A stretch of 64,000 nt of DNA from positions 24,988,001 through 25,052,000 of the forward strand of contig NC_058368.1 in the NCBI RefSeq assembly GCF_018350175.1, written 5' to 3'. Position numbers and translations under genes: made by a program. Below are positions 37,332 to 49,294 of the stretch, one piece after another. Within the stretch, counting starts at the first letter, position 1, and each line of letters opens with the position of its first letter. The stretch comes from Felis catus. Lineage: Eukaryota. The notes under the pieces are model-generated. The model was not told the DNA's origin, searched no databases, and saw only the letters and a program-made list of their open reading frames with translations.

Positions 37332-38525
37332 ATGAAAAACATAGACTCTTGAGCCAGGTTGTACGACCTCAAGAGTCTCGTTCTCTCAGTCCATCACACC
37401 TTCCAGAAGACAGGCAGGGTAGATGGAAAGAGGAAGATCGTAAGCTGGAAAGAAAAGAGAGTTCAAGGCGCTATGAAGAGCAGGAGCTTAAAGAGAAAGT
37501 TTCTTCTGTAGATAAACAGAGAGAACAGACAGAAATCCCGGAAAGCTCAAGAACTCGCCCACAAGACATGATGGGACACCACCCGTCTGACGAGCGAGAC
37601 GCATCTGATCGAGCTCATGATGAGAACAAGAAAAAAGCCAAAATTCAGAAGAAACCTGTTAAGAAAAAGAAGGAGGAGGATGTTGGGCTAGAGAGGGGTA
37701 ACACAGAGACAGCATCTGAAGACGGTCAAGTATTTTCACCAAAAAAAGGCCAGAAGAAGAAAAGTATAGAGAAGAAACGTAAGAAATCCAAAGGCGATTC
37801 TGATATTTCTGATGAAGAAGCCGTCCTGCAGAGTAAGAAGAAGAGAGGCCCGCGGACTCCCCCTCTAACAGCCAAAGAGGAATTGGTTGACATGTCCAAT
37901 GGTAAGGATGGCGGTCTGGAGGGTTCTCAGAAAAAGGAAGATACGGCGTTCAGCGACTGGTCTGACGAGGACGTGCCTGACCGGGCGGAGGTGGCGGAAC
38001 CGGAGCGCGCCGCCACGGCTGCCACTCCCGGAAGGACTCCCTCTCCGTCCTCTCTTCCTCCCCCTCCGCCTCCCGCGGCCGCCGCTTCTACCACCGCCTC
38101 TGCTACTCTCTCCTCTTCTGCCTCCGCCGCCTTCAGCGCGTCCGCCACCAGCCTTTCCTCGTCTGCCGCTCCCACCAACAGCACCGGTGAAGACTCGCAC
38201 AGGAAGTGCCATAGAACCCGCGCCGAGAAGGTGGAGGCGCCGCACGTCACTATAGAAGATGCGCCGCACCGCAAGCCGCTGGATCAAAAGAGGAGCAGCA
38301 GCCTCGGCAGCAATCGGAGCAATCGGAGCCATACATCTGGGCGTCTCCGCTCCCCGTCCAATGATTCTGCCCATCGAAGTGGGGATGACCAAAGTGGTCG
38401 AAAGAGAGTACTGCATAGTGGCTCGAGAGATAGAGAGAAAACAAAAAGTCTGGAGATCACAGGAGAGAGGAAATCTAGGATTGATCAGTTAAAGCGTGGA
38501 GAGCCCAGTCGAAGTACTTCTTCAG
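37332..38525 (+). CDS. ZC3H13: ZC3H13 large coding exon (1194 nt, phase 1-1): NEKHRLLSQVVRP...EPSRSTSS
   Basis: Acceptor TTTTTGTATAG|AT, donor TCAG|GTAATA, 398 open codons. Confidence 0.97.
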
Positions 38526-39126
38526 GTAATAAAATTGAATTCTAATCTAGCCAGTGCTTCCTGTCTTAGTGTATTTTATACACTTTTCTCTTTTATACAA
38601 ATTGCAACTTTAACGTAAATGAGACATTGGTTACATTATATACTGCCTTAAATTTTAAGAAACTTCAAAGCTTAACCATGCCACCAGAATGTTACCTGTT
38701 ACGACATTAACACTAACATTATTATAATAGAGGTACGTTGAGTGACGTCCATCAGTTTGCTATCAGGATGTTAGTAGTACATCTTGGCAGAGGGCTCAGT
38801 ATTCAGGTTCCTTACTGATGCTTGAAATTTTAACCTTCCTGCTCTTCCTCCTGCAGCCAGTGCTTTTTCTTTTGACCACAGAAAATAAGATAGGGGATAG
38901 GAAGAGGTCAGATGATGAAGTGATCAGTTCCGTTAATGCTTACCCATTTTATGTATGTATTTCTTGGAAGATACTTTGTGGTTATAGTGGAAAATTACAT
39001 GTTCCCTTGCCTTTTACATATTTTAATTAGCACTTTACAATTTTTCCTTAAAATGAGTTTCTTGAATAATTGGGACTATGGAAACATCAAATGTAAGTTT
39101 TAAAGGACCCTAAAATGAAGCATTTT

Positions 39127-39307
39127 TTTTTCTTTCTTTCTTTCCCTTCTCCCTCCGTCCCTCCCTCCCCCCCTCCCTCCCTTCCTTCTTCCTTCCTTCC
39201 TTCCTCTCCCTTTTTCTTTCCTTCTCTTTTCCTTCAATTGAAGTAGAGTTGACATACAGTGTTAGTTTCAGGTGCATAACACAGTGATTTGATACAAGTA
39301 TGGCGGC
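39127..39307 (-). mobile_element. Very short L1 3'-end insertion whose tail has become (TTCC)n/(TCCC)n
   Basis: ATTGAAGTAGAGTTGACATACA...GTTTCAGGTG L1 terminus. 13-bp TSD AATGAAGCATTTT at 39114-39126 and 39308-39320. Confidence 0.85.
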
Positions 39308-39360
39308 AATGAAGCATTTTATTTCTTACCTTGTGTAAACTCTTTGTATATTTATTTTAG

Positions 39361-39882
39361 ATCGCCAGGATTCAAGGAGCCATAGCTCAAGAAGAAGTTC
39401 TCCTGAATCAGATCGACAGGTCCATTCAAGATCCGGGTCGTTTGATAGCAGAGATAGGCTTCAAGAACGTGATCGATATGAGCATGATAGAGACCGGGAC
39501 AGAGAGAGGAGAGACACAAGACAGAGAGAATGGGACCGAGATGCTGATAAAGATTGGCCACGGAACAGGGACCGAGATAGATTGCGGGAACGAGAGAGAG
39601 AACGAGACAAACGGAGAGATTTGGACAGGGAAAGAGAGAGACTAATTCCTGATTCTATGGAAAGGGACAGGGACAGGGACAGAGACAGAACTTTTGAGAG
39701 TTCTTCTCAAATAGAGTCTGTAAAACGCAGTGAAGCAAAACTGGAGAGTGAACATGAAAGAGACCTAGAAGGCACTTCCCGAGACTGTCTTGCTTTGGAT
39801 AAAGAAAAAATGGATAAAGATCTAGGATCTGTGCAGGGATTTGAAGATCTAAACAAAGCGGAGAGAACTGAGAGTGTGGAAG
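39361..39882 (+). CDS. ZC3H13: ZC3H13 coding exon (522 nt, phase 1-1): DRQDSRSHSS...AERTESVE
   Basis: Acceptor TTTATTTTAG|AT, donor GAAG|GTGAGT, in frame. Confidence 0.96.
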
Positions 39883-40329
39883 GTGAGTGCCTTGTTGTCT
39901 GTTATCTGCTCCATTCCTTTTCAGGTTTCATAGGAAATAAAGTATTTTCTTGTGAAGGTGTTCTGATATGCATAAGGAAAAGCCCTGTGATATTTCAAAA
40001 ATGTGGTCCCCTGATTTGTACTATCATGGTATACTTGGTTCAGATTCACCTGAATGAAATAAAAGGTAGATGCAGTAAAAAATAGTTATCACCTTCTTTT
40101 CTTAGATATTAAAAAAAAAAAATCATAAAAATGGAAGTTATTTCTTGGTTCAGAGACAGATTCAAATAACTCTTAGTGATTCTGTTTTCCAGGGCAGTTG
40201 AGAACAAATACACGAAACAGTCAACACTCCCTGAAAATGCATTTCCCCTTTGGCCCACTAAGAGCCAGCCTCAGCTGTGGGGAACATCATTGTTCACTGC
40301 CTCCACTCTCTTCTTTACCCCCAGTCTAG

Positions 40330-40680
40330 TCCAGACCACTCATGCCTCTGAATTCTCGCAGTGCACTGCCCTCCAGCCTTCTTTGTGCTGCCTCTTCCCT
40401 TTGCTTGGTAGATGTTTGCCCTCTTATCTTCCCTTATTCAGACTTCATTTCCCAGTCTGTGCATCATTTCCTCCGTGAAGCCTTCTCTGCTAACGGTACT
40501 TATTCAGGTTGCCATAGCACCTTGTCTATATGTCTTTTATAGCATCCCCACGCTGTACTACAATTATTTTTCCTTGGTTTTGTCCCCACTATACTCTACT
40601 CCTTTGTTAGGGACCATAGCTTTTCATTTCTTTATCATCAGGACTATAGCAAGGATGCAGTAAATGGTTGATGAATGAAA
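40330..40680 (+). mobile_element. L2 3' fragment
   Basis: TTCCTCCGTGAAGCCTTCTCT and a terminal AGTAAATGGTTGATGAATGAA. Confidence 0.65.
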
Positions 40681-42204
40681 ATATGTTCTGCCTGTGCATA
40701 TATATACCCACGTCTTATTCTTTGGTGAATTATATAGGCTAGCTTAACAAGAGTAAGGGCTTCCCTGAAAATTGTCCTGGAAATTCTGCCTCCTTGGGAT
40801 TGTCCAGTTCTGGTACCAGTGCTTAACACCATTGTTCTGATATCAAGCCCTCAAGAAACTTCTAGGATACTTATATATAAGCAGCAGTTATTTCACTATT
40901 CTTTTTATTTGTTGTATTATAACATTGGGCCTAGAGTAAATGCACATTCGTTTGAAACTATAAACATCTTTACTATCTCTTGGTTATCTGATCAGATATG
41001 TTCCAATACAGCATCTGTTATATTTTTTTCTACTTGACAAAAACATTTCTATCTCAGTGTTTCCTCACATTATGTTTTCATCTCAATTTTGAGTATAAAT
41101 AGCCTCAAATCCTGAGCCATAGTACTAATGGAGGTATAACCTTGGAGTGTAATTGAATATAATTGAACAAATCATAATAACTCTCTTGTGATTGGAGTCA
41201 GTGCCCCTCATCCCTAAAATACAGCATTCACTGGTTGTGATCACACATAACATAGCATCGAAATTTATAGGTGAATTACCTACTGTGAGATGAAAAATTT
41301 TATTCACCTAAAGTAGGAAAATGAGTGGGATAAACTTGAAAAAATACAAATCCTATTATATGCTTTTATATGCTTAGATGTATATTTGTAAAATGAAGTC
41401 ATTAAAGTTGATTACCTTAGAAGTGAATTGGGAGATTATTCTAGAACATAATAGAAAATTATAGAATGACCAGAAACATCTCATAGTTTATTATATTTTA
41501 TTTGCTGCAAATTTATACCTGTAAAGCATACTGTTGCATTTTGCTAACCTAGTGTTGTAAACTCAGTAAAGTGTGTGGATAACTGATTAGAAATATTAAA
41601 CATACTCTGTAGTTACAGGGTACTTTTCAGTTCACAACTAACTCACTGGGTGACAAAGCCTAACCTAAGTAATTGAGAAAGATTGGTAAGATAAATATAT
41701 GCTAGTGGTACCAACAAAATATTTTTAAGTTTCTTACAGCATTCTCTTTAAAATTGAGTTGGGATAGGGAGATGAATTGGGAGGTAGAGGGAGAATCAGC
41801 GGCAATTTTTCAAATAAATGTAATTATTAATGTTTACAAGTCTTTTAAATTAATGAGTTTATTTAAGTAAAGAAATTACTACATCCTTTTGACGTTAGTA
41901 AATTTGTCTGGATTTACTTCAAGTTTTATTATAAAAACATTAACATACAGAAGCAAAATTAATAAGTTAGCGGTACCTTTTGTCACATTTTAATTGTAAT
42001 CTTATAACTTGTTTCGGTATTGCTGTTTTTACTGTGTTCTTGCACTTAAAATTTAATTTTCCTTTTGGAATATTAAGAAATGTAGTTTTCTAAGGAAAAA
42101 AACACTCTTCAAATATTTTAGTGTGCACAGCCTCTTCCTCTTTGGTTTCACTTAAATGTCCCTCCCGTGTGCTCTTTGACATGAGATAAATCTTTCCGAA
42201 ACAG

Positions 42205-42354
42205 GAGATGACGAATCCAAGTTAGATGATGCACATTCATTAGGATCTGGTGCTGGAGAAGGTTATGAGCCAATCAGTGATGATGAACTAGATGAAATTC
42301 TAGCAGGTGATGCTGAAAAGAGGGAAGACCAACAGGATGAGGAGAAGATGCCAG
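42205..42354 (+). CDS. ZC3H13: ZC3H13 coding exon (150 nt, phase 1-1): GDDESKLDDAHSLGSGAGEGYEPISDDELDEILAGDAEKREDQQDEEKMP
   Basis: Acceptor AAACAG|GA, donor CCAG|GTAATC. Contains the YEPISDDELDEIL motif. Not listed in the ORF track. Confidence 0.93.
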
Positions 42355-42883
42355 GTAATCATTTACAAAGGTGGTTGAACGTAAAAATGACCTGATTTTT
42401 GGTATTAAGGCATTGCTAAGTAATGAAAGGCAGAATTTTTCTTTCTATGTTTTATTTGAGACTGAAAGGCCAATACAATGAAAATCACAGTCTGTATGGT
42501 CAGCACACTTTTAAGTCGACATTGCCTACGAATTGGACAGGGTCTCTTTTAAAATAGTCAAATTCTAAGATTTCCGTTCCAGAAGTTGAAATTCATGTTC
42601 TATAACTTGGAATCTAACTGAATACTGATTGCCCAGCAATGTTCCGGATGGTAGATGTATGGTACGAAGCTTCACGGTTGTGATGCCACAAGCCAACTGC
42701 TGAAACGGTCATTCAAAATTTATAGTTGTTGAAATTACATTAATGCAAGATCTATATACCTCTGTCAATTTTCTCAACTCAGTAATTATCTTCCCTTGTA
42801 TAGTATAGAACCGTACACTCCGCCAGAGCTTATTCTGGTGACCACAGCCTGAAGCAACGTCCCACTTAGTCTGCTTGTTGTAA

Positions 42884-43064
42884 TTTATTTGAGGGAGAGA
42901 GAGCCCACACGCGTGGGGGAAGAGGCAGACAGAGGGGGGGAAAGAGAATCAGTAGGCTCCAAGCCCAGAGCCCAGCGCGGGGCTGGATCTCACCATGGTG
43001 GGATCAGGACCTGAGCTGAAATCAAGAGTCAGATGCTTAACCAACTGTACTACCTAGGCGCCCC
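42884..43064 (-). mobile_element. Can-SINE (antisense)
   Basis: Ends AGGCGCCCC, flanked by GTT(G/A)TAATTT. Confidence 0.92.
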
Positions 43065-43560
43065 GTTATAATTTTTTTTTTTTTTTATCATAGTGAGGGT
43101 CTTTGTTTTGTTGGGGAATGTAAAACGTTAAAATTTTATTTTGACTTAATTTGTTTTGTATTTCACAATTTTCTACTAATGTAGAAGGTACGTATATCTT
43201 TTTTATTATATGTTATTAAATAGAACATTACCGTTCATTTTTTCAATTGTCCCTTGTCAGCAGATGGATTATTTGTTCGCAGTATTAAATTTGGAGGAAT
43301 GCGCTTGGGTTTTGTTTGCTTGCCTGTTATCTTTTGGTGAGGTTTTGTGTTTTTTTTTGTTTTTTTTTTTTTTACTGGAAAGGTCCTTAGATTCTAAATA
43401 TTAGTCTTTATAGTAAAGCTCTCATTTTAAGACTGTTATTTTTCATTTAAAACACTTGTTACTTAATGCTTTCTATGTTTTGCAGTTTCTGTTTATCAAA
43501 AGATAACAAGAATGCTGTTTCTTGATGTAAAAACAAAATCCCATTCTTAACTTTTTACAG

Positions 43561-43761
43561 ATCCATTAGATGTGATAGATGTGGATTGGTCTGGTCTTAT
43601 GCCAAAGCATCCAAAAGAACCACGAGAGCCTGGGGCTGCCCTCTTAAAATTCACACCTGGAGCTGTTATGCTAAGAGTGGGGATTTCTAAAAAGTTGGCA
43701 GGTTCTGAACTCTTCACAAAAGTCAAAGAAACATGTCAGAGACTTTTAGAAAAACCCAAAG
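43561..43761 (+). CDS. ZC3H13: ZC3H13 coding exon (201 nt, phase 1-1): DPLDVIDVDWSGLM...QRLLEKPK
   Basis: Acceptor CTTTTTACAG|AT, donor AAAG|GTAATC. Part of the conserved C-terminal region. Confidence 0.96.
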
Positions 43762-44149
43762 GTAATCCCATTCTACTTTGTGTAATGTCTGCTGCGACTT
43801 AATTGAGATGCCTTTGAAAAGGGTTCTTTGTTTTCACATAGCACTCCAAGTGTAGGAACTTTTTTTTTTTTTTTTGAGGAATCACTTGATATTCAGTATT
43901 AAATCTTTTTCAGAAATTTAAAAAGGAATTTTGACTCTGCAAATTAAAGCAAAAAAGGTGCAGAAATAGCACAGTAAAGTTCTTAGTCGTGTTCCCAGAA
44001 CTAACCAGAGCAGAGCCTGGAAAAGTGGGCTTCGTTCGTATCTAAACAAATTGGGTGTCAAGGCAACCCTTTCCCCTGGGAAATGGGGAGTTCTACCCAT
44101 ATGCAAATGCCTAGGTTGAGCCTTTAACAAAGGGGGTAGAAGCTTGGTG

Positions 44150-44345
44150 TCTGTGCCAGATAATCTGGATTCCTAAATAGGCACACACTTACCAGCTACT
44201 CTGTGTTAGTGTCACCATTTGTAAGCTGGGAATAATTACCCCATCAACTTCATAAGATTGTTAGGAGCAGCAAATGAGGTTTAAGTAAAATACTAAGAAT
44301 GATTCCTGACATGTGGTGACACTTAATAAATAGTGACTACTACTA
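44150..44345 (+). mobile_element. MIR fragment
   Basis: CATTTGTAAGCTGGGAATAAT...GATTGTTAGGAG...AAATGAG...CCTGACATGTGGTGACACTTAATAAAT. Confidence 0.7.
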
Positions 44346-44542
44346 TTTAGTTTGAAAATAGTTCCATATTGATTTTAGACCTTATTGCAACAGCTTTTCA
44401 TTACAATGGAAGGGGAATGACTGGGTGGTAAAAAGAAGGAAGAGATAAAATGTGAAAGCAACGACATTTAATTTTATGTCATGTTTGTGAGAGTAAAGGT
44501 TTAAAAATTAAGATTTTTACTAATACAAAAATGGAAAAAAAA

Positions 44543-44738
44543 ATTTTAATGTTTGAGAGCGAGAGCACGCGAGCAAGCGGGAGAGGGGCAGAGACAGAGG
44601 GGGAGAGAGATTCCCAAGCAGGCTCTGCACTGTCACAGCGGAGCCCAACATGGGGCTCCAACTCAGGAGCTGTGAGATCATGACCTGAGCTGAAATCAAG
44701 AGGCAGGCATTTTAACTGACTGAGCCACCCAGGCTCCC
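44543..44738 (-). mobile_element. Can-SINE (antisense)
   Basis: Reverse-complement SINE, flanked by GAAAAAAAATT-like TSD. Confidence 0.93.
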
Positions 44739-45471
44739 TGAAAAAAATTGTTTTATTACTTTCATGTTTTTTCTTTCAACTGTTAGCATAAGCAGCAAAA
44801 GTCTTGATTTTAACACGTCCCAATAAATATAGAATGAAACATATGCGTGAAACATATAAATTATTATGATTGTGAATATGTGTTAACTTGACAAATGACT
44901 GAACTCCTAGGTTCCTTCCCCCCTCTTTCTGCCTTGTTTGGTTGGCTCTTTGACCTTAAGCAGGTAACTCCTGTGGGTATTAAATAATGGAATGAAAGTC
45001 CTAAGGTCTCACCCACCTCTAAAGCAGTTTGCTCCTATGACTTTGCTACCTAGGAAATATAGTTTGGCCATAACCTGATGACATACGTCATAAAGGGGGG
45101 TTAATTGTTGCTCACCAATCAGACCTCTCCTAATTAGAGAACAAGAGAACTGATTCAGGATGCTGAGTATACGTTTCCTAAGGAATGGGACTTTGTATAC
45201 TGCTGTATCCATTGTATAATGACCTGTTCTTACTGATTATGCTATTATCTAGAACAGTATCTGACACACAGTTTCAAGAAGTATTTGTAAAATAATTGGT
45301 ACTGATTTTTTCTATCCTATTCGGTCTATTTCAGTGTCCCAGTACTGAAGAAAGTATATCCCTATCCCATTTGTAATTTTAAAAACACTGTAAACTTTAT
45401 AAGTATACCGAAACTTAAATTGCCCTTGCCTAAGTTTTCTGTGTGGAGTGTGATAGATTAAAAACAAGTAA

Positions 45472-45575
45472 GGCAGCATCTGTCTGGCTCAATCGGTAGA
45501 GACTGCAACTCTTGATGTCAAGGTGGTGAGTTCGAGCCCCGTGTTGGGCACAGAAATTACTTAAAAAAAAAAAAA
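45472..45575 (+). mobile_element. Short tRNA-like Can-SINE
   Basis: A box TGGCTCAATCGG, B box GTTCGAGCC and an A tail. Same type as 9325-9438. Confidence 0.85.
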
Positions 45576-46909
45576 GTCTCTTGAATAATTTTGTGGTAAT
45601 CATTTCAAAACCACGAAGAGACTGGAAGTTTGGGCGTGTTATACTTTCTAGGGAGGTGCGCAAGTGTGTGTGTTGTATTCTTTTGTTAAAGAAGAGAACG
45701 ATAAGCATTCCAATAAAAAGAAATTTGTCATCATGACCATTGTTCCGAGAAGAAGGTGGGCTCAGTGCACATTTCTTCTGTATTTGTATCTACAGTGGAA
45801 TGGTAGTTAATATTTTGGGGGTTTTTAGGTTTTTTTAATACTACGTGTTTGTGTCTATGTCACTGCTTGCCTGAAGCATAGTTCTATCTGAATCACCTGA
45901 GGGACTGCCTTTTTCCCATTTAGGTATCCTGATCCAACTGTGGAGATTCTGTAGATGCAGTGGTAGAACCCTGGCACTGTATTTTAGAAAGCTCCTCAGA
46001 TGATTCCGATAGACACTGAAGTTTGCAAACTGGTTTTGAGCTTTTTCTTTATATTCATTTATACTTGTCTTACATTCTGTACCTTTTGACAGGTATATGA
46101 CCTGTTGACTAGATATATTACATGAGACTAGTTTCTTGTTAATTCTCTAATCTCACTGTGCTTTGCAGTTCAGGAAATGGAAGTGAAACAGTCAGATGTG
46201 TCTGTTGTGTTTTTACTGGGTGATATTTACCATTTTCCTTTGTGGACTCTAACAATAACCTGTTTGATTATGTTGTCATAGAAGCAGTATCTGGTAGCTG
46301 TTGGTACTTCTGGCCAGCTTGTAGAATGCTAGCTGTGAAGTTTTACTGTGTTATATTTTTGGATTACTGACTGGCCCTGTTCTGTTATTTTGACTTCTTA
46401 TTTAACCCAACCTCTTTATTTTCCATCAAACTTTATAAAAATAGAAGAAGGAGAGATTTAAGTGTTTCCTCCCTGTCTTTGCATGTTGTAACTTAAGACT
46501 AAGTGATTTTTATGTATACATTGTTTTCACAGTGACCAAATCTACGATAAAATTTGCTGGTTGTCTTAATACCTAATCGTCACTCACCTGATTTTTTTTT
46601 TAAGAGATCACAAAAGGTAGTCGTATTACTGCAGTTGAATGCTGCTATAATAAAGTCCTGACATCTATTCCAGGACTTTATGCGATAGTTGATGGTAAAC
46701 AATATACTGAATTCGATTTCACTAATTTTAACTTCCAACCTTTCTTCCCAGTAATAGACAGTAATCAGTGTCTAAATTCTTTCCCCCTAGGCTACTTGTC
46801 TTACACCTTCAAGTGGCTATCTGAATATTTATTTTTGTTTGAGATTAGCAACATAACCACATGTTCAAGATCTTTCACAGAGAATATGTTGCCTCTTGAA
46901 TGTTTTCAT

Positions 46910-49003
46910 TGCAGTATGGTTGGCACACGGTGTTACCATCGGTGTCAGTTGTACAGCAGTGATTCACCAACTCTGAGGTTATGCTCTGTTCACCCTAAGT
47001 ATAGCTGCCATCTGTCACCATGCACTGTTACAATACCATTCACTGCATTCCCTGCGTTGTACCTTTTATTCCTGTGGTTTATTTATTCCATTACTGGCAT
47101 ACCTTTTAGCTCATCCCCCACCCTTCTCCCATCTGGAAACCATCAGTTTGTTCTCTGTATTCATTTGTCAGTTTCTGCTTTGTTTTTTCAGATTGCACAT
47201 TCTAGCTTGATATCTGGGATGGTGATCCCTCTAACACTGTTCTTTTTCCACCAAGATTGCTTTGTCTATTTGGGGTCTTGTGTGGTTCATACAAATTGTA
47301 AGATTGTTTATTCTAGTTTTGTGGACATTATTGGTATTTTGATAACAGTTGCATTGTGTCTGTAGAGTGCTTTCGGTAGTGTGGACATTTTAACAACATT
47401 CTTCCAATCCATGAGCGTGGTGTGTGTTTGCATTTGTTTGTATCTTCAGTTTCTTTCATCAGTGTTCTATAGTTTTCAGAGTAAAGGTCTTTCACCTCTG
47501 TGGTTCAGTTTATTCCTAGGTATTTTATTATTTTGGGTACAATTTTAAGCAGCGTTGTTTTCTTAATTTCTCTGTTACTTCAACTTTGTTTCTTGTAACA
47601 TTACCTCTAGGAGTTTTTTGGTGGAGTCTTTAGGATTTTCTGTGTACTGTATCATGCCATCAGCAAACAGTGACAGTTTTACTACTTTCTACCAATTTGG
47701 ATGCCTTTTATTTCTTTTTCCGGTCTGTGGCTAGAACTTCCAGTACCGTGCTGAATAAAAGTGGCAAGAGTGGGCATCCTTGCCTTGTTCCTGACCCTAG
47801 AGGGAAAGCTCTCAGTTTTTCATCATTGAGTATGAGGTTAGCTGTGGGTTGCTCATATCTGGCCTTTTTAATGTTATGGTACATTCCCTCTAAACCCACT
47901 TTGTTGAGTTTTTATCGTGAGCAGCTGTTCAGTTTTGTCAAATGCTTTTTCCTCACCCATGAGGTAATACGATTTTTATCCTTAGTTTGGTTAATGTGGT
48001 ATATCCTATTGATTGATTTGCATATTGAACCATCTTGGATCTCTGGAATTAATCCCCCTCAATTGTGGTGAACGGTCCTTTTAATGTGTTGTTGAATGTG
48101 GTTTCCTAATATTTTGTTGAGGACTTTTACATCTGTGTTCATCAGAAATATTAGCCTATGGTTTTGTTGTCTTGTGGTGTCTTTGTCTGGTTTTGATATC
48201 AGGGTAATGCTAGCCTCATAGAATGTGTTTGGAAGCTTTCCTTCCTATTTTGGGGGGAATAGTTTGAGGTGACATGGTGTTAACTTATTAACAAGCGTTT
48301 GATAGAATTCACCTGGTTCTAGACTTTTGGTTGGGAGTTTTTGATTATGACTTCAGTTTTGTTACTAGCAATTGGTCTGTTCAGATCCTGTTTCTTCTAG
48401 GTTGTCCAAATTGTTGGCATATAATTTTTCATAGTACTCTGTTATCCTTTGTATTTCTGTAATGTTTGTTACTTCTCATTTCTGTTATATTTGACGTGTT
48501 TTTTTTTTTTCTTGATGACTCTCAGTTTTGTTTCTCTCTTACGGAGAACCAGCCTTTGGTTTCATTCATCTTTTCTATTGATTTTTTTAGTCTCTGTCAT
48601 TGCCGTGGTATTTATGATTTCTTTCCTTCTACTCACCTTGGGCTTTGTTCTTTTTTTAATTCCTTTAGGTGCAAGGTTGGATTGAGATTTTTGTTTCTTA
48701 ACATAGCCCTGTATTGCTATAAGTTTCCCTCTGAGAACTGCTTTTGCTGTGTCCCCAAGATGCTGGACTGTTGTGTTTTTATTTGCATTTGTCTCCATGT
48801 ATTTTTTTTTTCCTCTTTGATTTCTTTGTTAACCCATTGGTTGTTTTGAGTAGCATGTTGTTTAGCCTTTATGTGTTTGTGGGTTTTTTCTTGCTTTTTA
48901 TTCTTGTAATTAATTTCTAGTTTTATACTTTCATGTTCTGAAAAGATGCAGGATAGGATTTCAGTTCTCTTAAATGCATTGAGACGTGTTTTGTGACCTA
49001 ATA
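46910..49003 (-). mobile_element. LINE-1 (antisense, internally deleted)
   Basis: RT remnant [32 protein letters not shown] and an ORF2 remnant DTAKAVLRGKLIAIQ. Confidence 0.92.
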
Positions 49004-49130
49004 AGGTATATATGCCTTTAATATAAAATAATTTTCACCAGCATTATGATAAACTTAATGGAATATGTAAGCAGCCAGCAACACTTTCCTATTTTAGGAA
49101 AACTTAATGCCTGTTTGTTTTTATTGAAAG

Positions 49131-49294
49131 ATGCAGACAGTCTTTTTGAACATGAACTGGGGGCTCTCAACATGGCTGCACTACTACGAAAAGAAGAGCG
49201 AGCAAGTCTTCTTAGTAATCTTGGGCCCTGTTGTAAAGCGTTATGCTTCAGACGGGATTCAGCAATCCGGAAGCAGCTTGTTAAAAATGAGAAG
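49131..49294 (+). CDS. ZC3H13: ZC3H13 penultimate coding exon (164 nt, phase 1 to 0): DADSLFEHELGALNM...KQLVKNEK
   Basis: Acceptor TTTATTGAAAG|AT, donor AAG|GTACTG. Confidence 0.95.

Noticed and set aside
37865..38444. Antisense and alternate-frame ORFs (183, 122 and 115 aa) over the large exon
   Set aside because: These are shadows of GC-rich, stop-poor coding sequence.
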